64,000 nt of DNA from Lama guanicoe (lineage: Eukaryota): contig MU054391.1 of the NCBI GenBank assembly GCA_013239625.1, positions 2,757,130 through 2,821,129 on the forward strand. The letters run 5' to 3'. The notes beneath the pieces are model-generated. The model was not told the DNA's origin, did no database searches, and saw only the letters and a list, made by a program, of their open reading frames with translations. A program made the translations under genes and the position numbers. Shown here piece after piece: positions 61,766 to 64,000 of this stretch; position 1 is the first letter of the stretch; every line of letters begins with the position of its first letter.

Positions 61766-64000
61766 CAGCTACTTTCTTCAAGTAGAAAATAGAAGTTAAA
61801 AAAAATTAAAAAGCAAAATAAACAAACAAAAACAACAAAATCTGCTTGGGGCCAACACTTGATAGATTTTACTCCGTAAGCTCACATTTCAATGGTAAGT
61901 AGACCAAATACGCCCCGTTAGGGGAGCTTGACATCCAGGTAGCAAATGGCTACAGCCATTTACCTTCCAGAACTTGTGACGAAGACTGAATTCAAGAAAC
62001 GTAACAAGTCGGTCTTCAGATTTCGTGCACGATGAAGATGGAGGGACTAAGAGTTAACTTACAGGATGAGAGAAATCTACTTTCTTCCCTGTTTCAATCA
62101 GGGTTATACGTGCCTGTCAAAATAGTTTGTAAATAATGGAGTTTTCTGCGAGCACAAGCCACATCTTGATTTCATTAGAGACTGGTCACTGAAGTAAATG
62201 TTATATATGGAAAATGTGGCAGAGTGTTTGCATTTCTACTTTCTGTATTACAAAACTGGCCCTTTCGGTGATAACACAAATCTAAGAAAATCATGAAAAT
62301 AAAAGATTTTGGCTTTTCTCTGAACTGTCTCAAATCTCAAATTAAAGGACCTTAAATTACTCAGAAATAGATTAGCACAGAATAGGACAACAAAACCAAA
62401 AATACACTGATGAATCCTCCTTCAGACAAATGCTTTTTTTTTTGAGTCGCATTTCTGAAGGGCGTCGCGCTCACAAAGAGATACTCGGGATCTTCACATG
62501 TGTGCGGGGAAGTGTCAGAAGCAATTTTAGTGAAATTCTATGGGTCCAGGGGCAATAAAGAAATTGCACTTGGTAATGACATCTCCATGTGCTTTTATCT
62601 TAATCTCCTCAATTTACTGGGGAGCAAACTTTACCAGGTGGTTGGTTCTTCCTGTTGTTAATAGAAATAGTAAGATTTTACCAGGTGTATTTATGTCAAC
62701 GGTAGTTGACAAATAATGAACATTGTCACCAAGTAAGATGTTTCCCTGAAATAAATATATATAGATATTCGGTACGTTTAGAAATACATACGTGTGTATG
62801 TGTACACATATTCCGACACACACGTGAAAAGTGCTAATCGCCTGCTTTTAGGCCCTCCTGGGAGAGTGGTCACAGCAGAGCTGACTCTGGGGCTTTGTTC
62901 CCACATTGAGCTGAGCTGAGCTGAGCTGAAGGTTGAGGTGTAAAAACACAACACTTCTGTCTGAATTGCTCTCAAAAACCAGCTTGATTTTTGTCTGGAT
63001 GTCTCAAATGATGACCCTGGTTTAGCACCAAATCTTGGCTGTCTATTATTTACTAGCTGCAAAAGCCGTATAGATCTGTCCTTGCAGCTTCATTTTTGAA
63101 AATCAGGTCTGGATGCCCGTGAAGACAGTGATGTGCACAAGCGGAAACCCCCTGACGGACGCAGCGGACTCACAGCAGGCGCGGACTCTGCCGTGGCGAA
63201 GCCCTAGCGGGCGTGGTTGTTCTAGCTCCTGGGACTTAAACACACCCTGTCCTCAGGCCCTGCTTCTTCTCACTATGGTGGTGACGTCTTGAGAAAAAGA
63301 ATTAAGTACAATAATTATGGCTCAGCTGCCATGGTTACTGCAGTCACTGTGACACAAATTTGTCACTTAGAAGAGGGAGGGCACACGTAGACATCTTCAG
63401 ATGGAGGAGGGAGACTTCCTGGTGCTCCGGGGACAGCTGTGAGCCGCGCACTGGTGTTTCAGGGACAGTCAGCCACAGCGGGACGTGATTTCCAGGAGCA
63501 GACTCACACACGTTTGCACAACTCCGGGCCTCGAGGCCTTCAGCTCGCCCTCAGCCCTGAGCACAGAGACTCACTCCGAAAGTCTCGTCTCACGGGAGTC
63601 CCTTCTGCGGCTTTGCTAAGCACGTGACTGCATTGCTAAGTGAGTTCGCTCAAAAGCTGCGCTGGCCGTGCGATGTGATGGCTGCACGGCTGCCTATAAA
63701 CGCCCCCCAGAGCAGAGCACGCGTGCCTCGGGCCGAGGGGGACAGAGCCAGCTGGACGTGCTCCAAAAATAGTCACCCAGGTCCCTCCTGCAGGATGAAT
63801 GATAGATAATAAAGGAGTTAGGAAGTAAGTAAAGAAATAAATAAGAGGAGGCGAGAAGTTGGAAGAACAAGGGAGGGGCCACATGGGGAAACAGAGGGTG
63901 TTCACCGTCACCAGCTGGAAACACTCGGAATGAGGGAGCAGAGCCCCAGGTCAGCTCTGCTTTGCTGTGGCTACTGTTCCAGGAGGGCCTAACCGCAGGC

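Noticed and set aside
62908..62928. (GAGCT)4, resembling immunoglobulin switch repeats
   Set aside because: Only four units, and no Ig locus context.
1..64000. CRISPR arrays, operons, prokaryotic defence systems or full proviruses
   Set aside because: The sequence is mammalian. There are no repeat-spacer arrays, dense ORFs or gag/pol/env remnants.

Overview
This is mammalian nuclear DNA, most likely camelid (alpaca/camel), judging by the Vic-1-type tRNA-derived SINEs and Cetartiodactyla-type L1 3' ends. I saw no Alu, BovB/Bov-tA or PRE-1 elements. The window is GC/CpG-rich, with three CpG islands (~6.2-6.6, 27.6-28.1 and 54.5-54.75 kb) and many old and young repeats (L1, MaLR/ERV1 LTRs, Tigger, MER, MIR). 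I recognised no known protein-coding gene, and most of the supplied ORFs are GC-rich or repeat noise. Manual splicing gave two unnamed multi-exon gene or pseudogene candidates with phase-compatible exons: one on the minus strand (6050 to ~1180, one frameshift) and one on the plus strand (29587-36434). The most distinctive signal is a MER41-like LTR apparently split at its polyA signal by a ~2.3 kb intronic inversion (~3323-5647). Also notable are three twin-primed 5'-inverted L1s within 12 kb, an intact solo ERV LTR with TSD, AT-to-GC biased decay of an L1 copy, a five-site GATA cluster, an inverted octamer pair and an orphan 77-nt poly(A). Repeat family names come from recalled consensus sequences, not searches. 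I found no evidence for a wholly new biological system.
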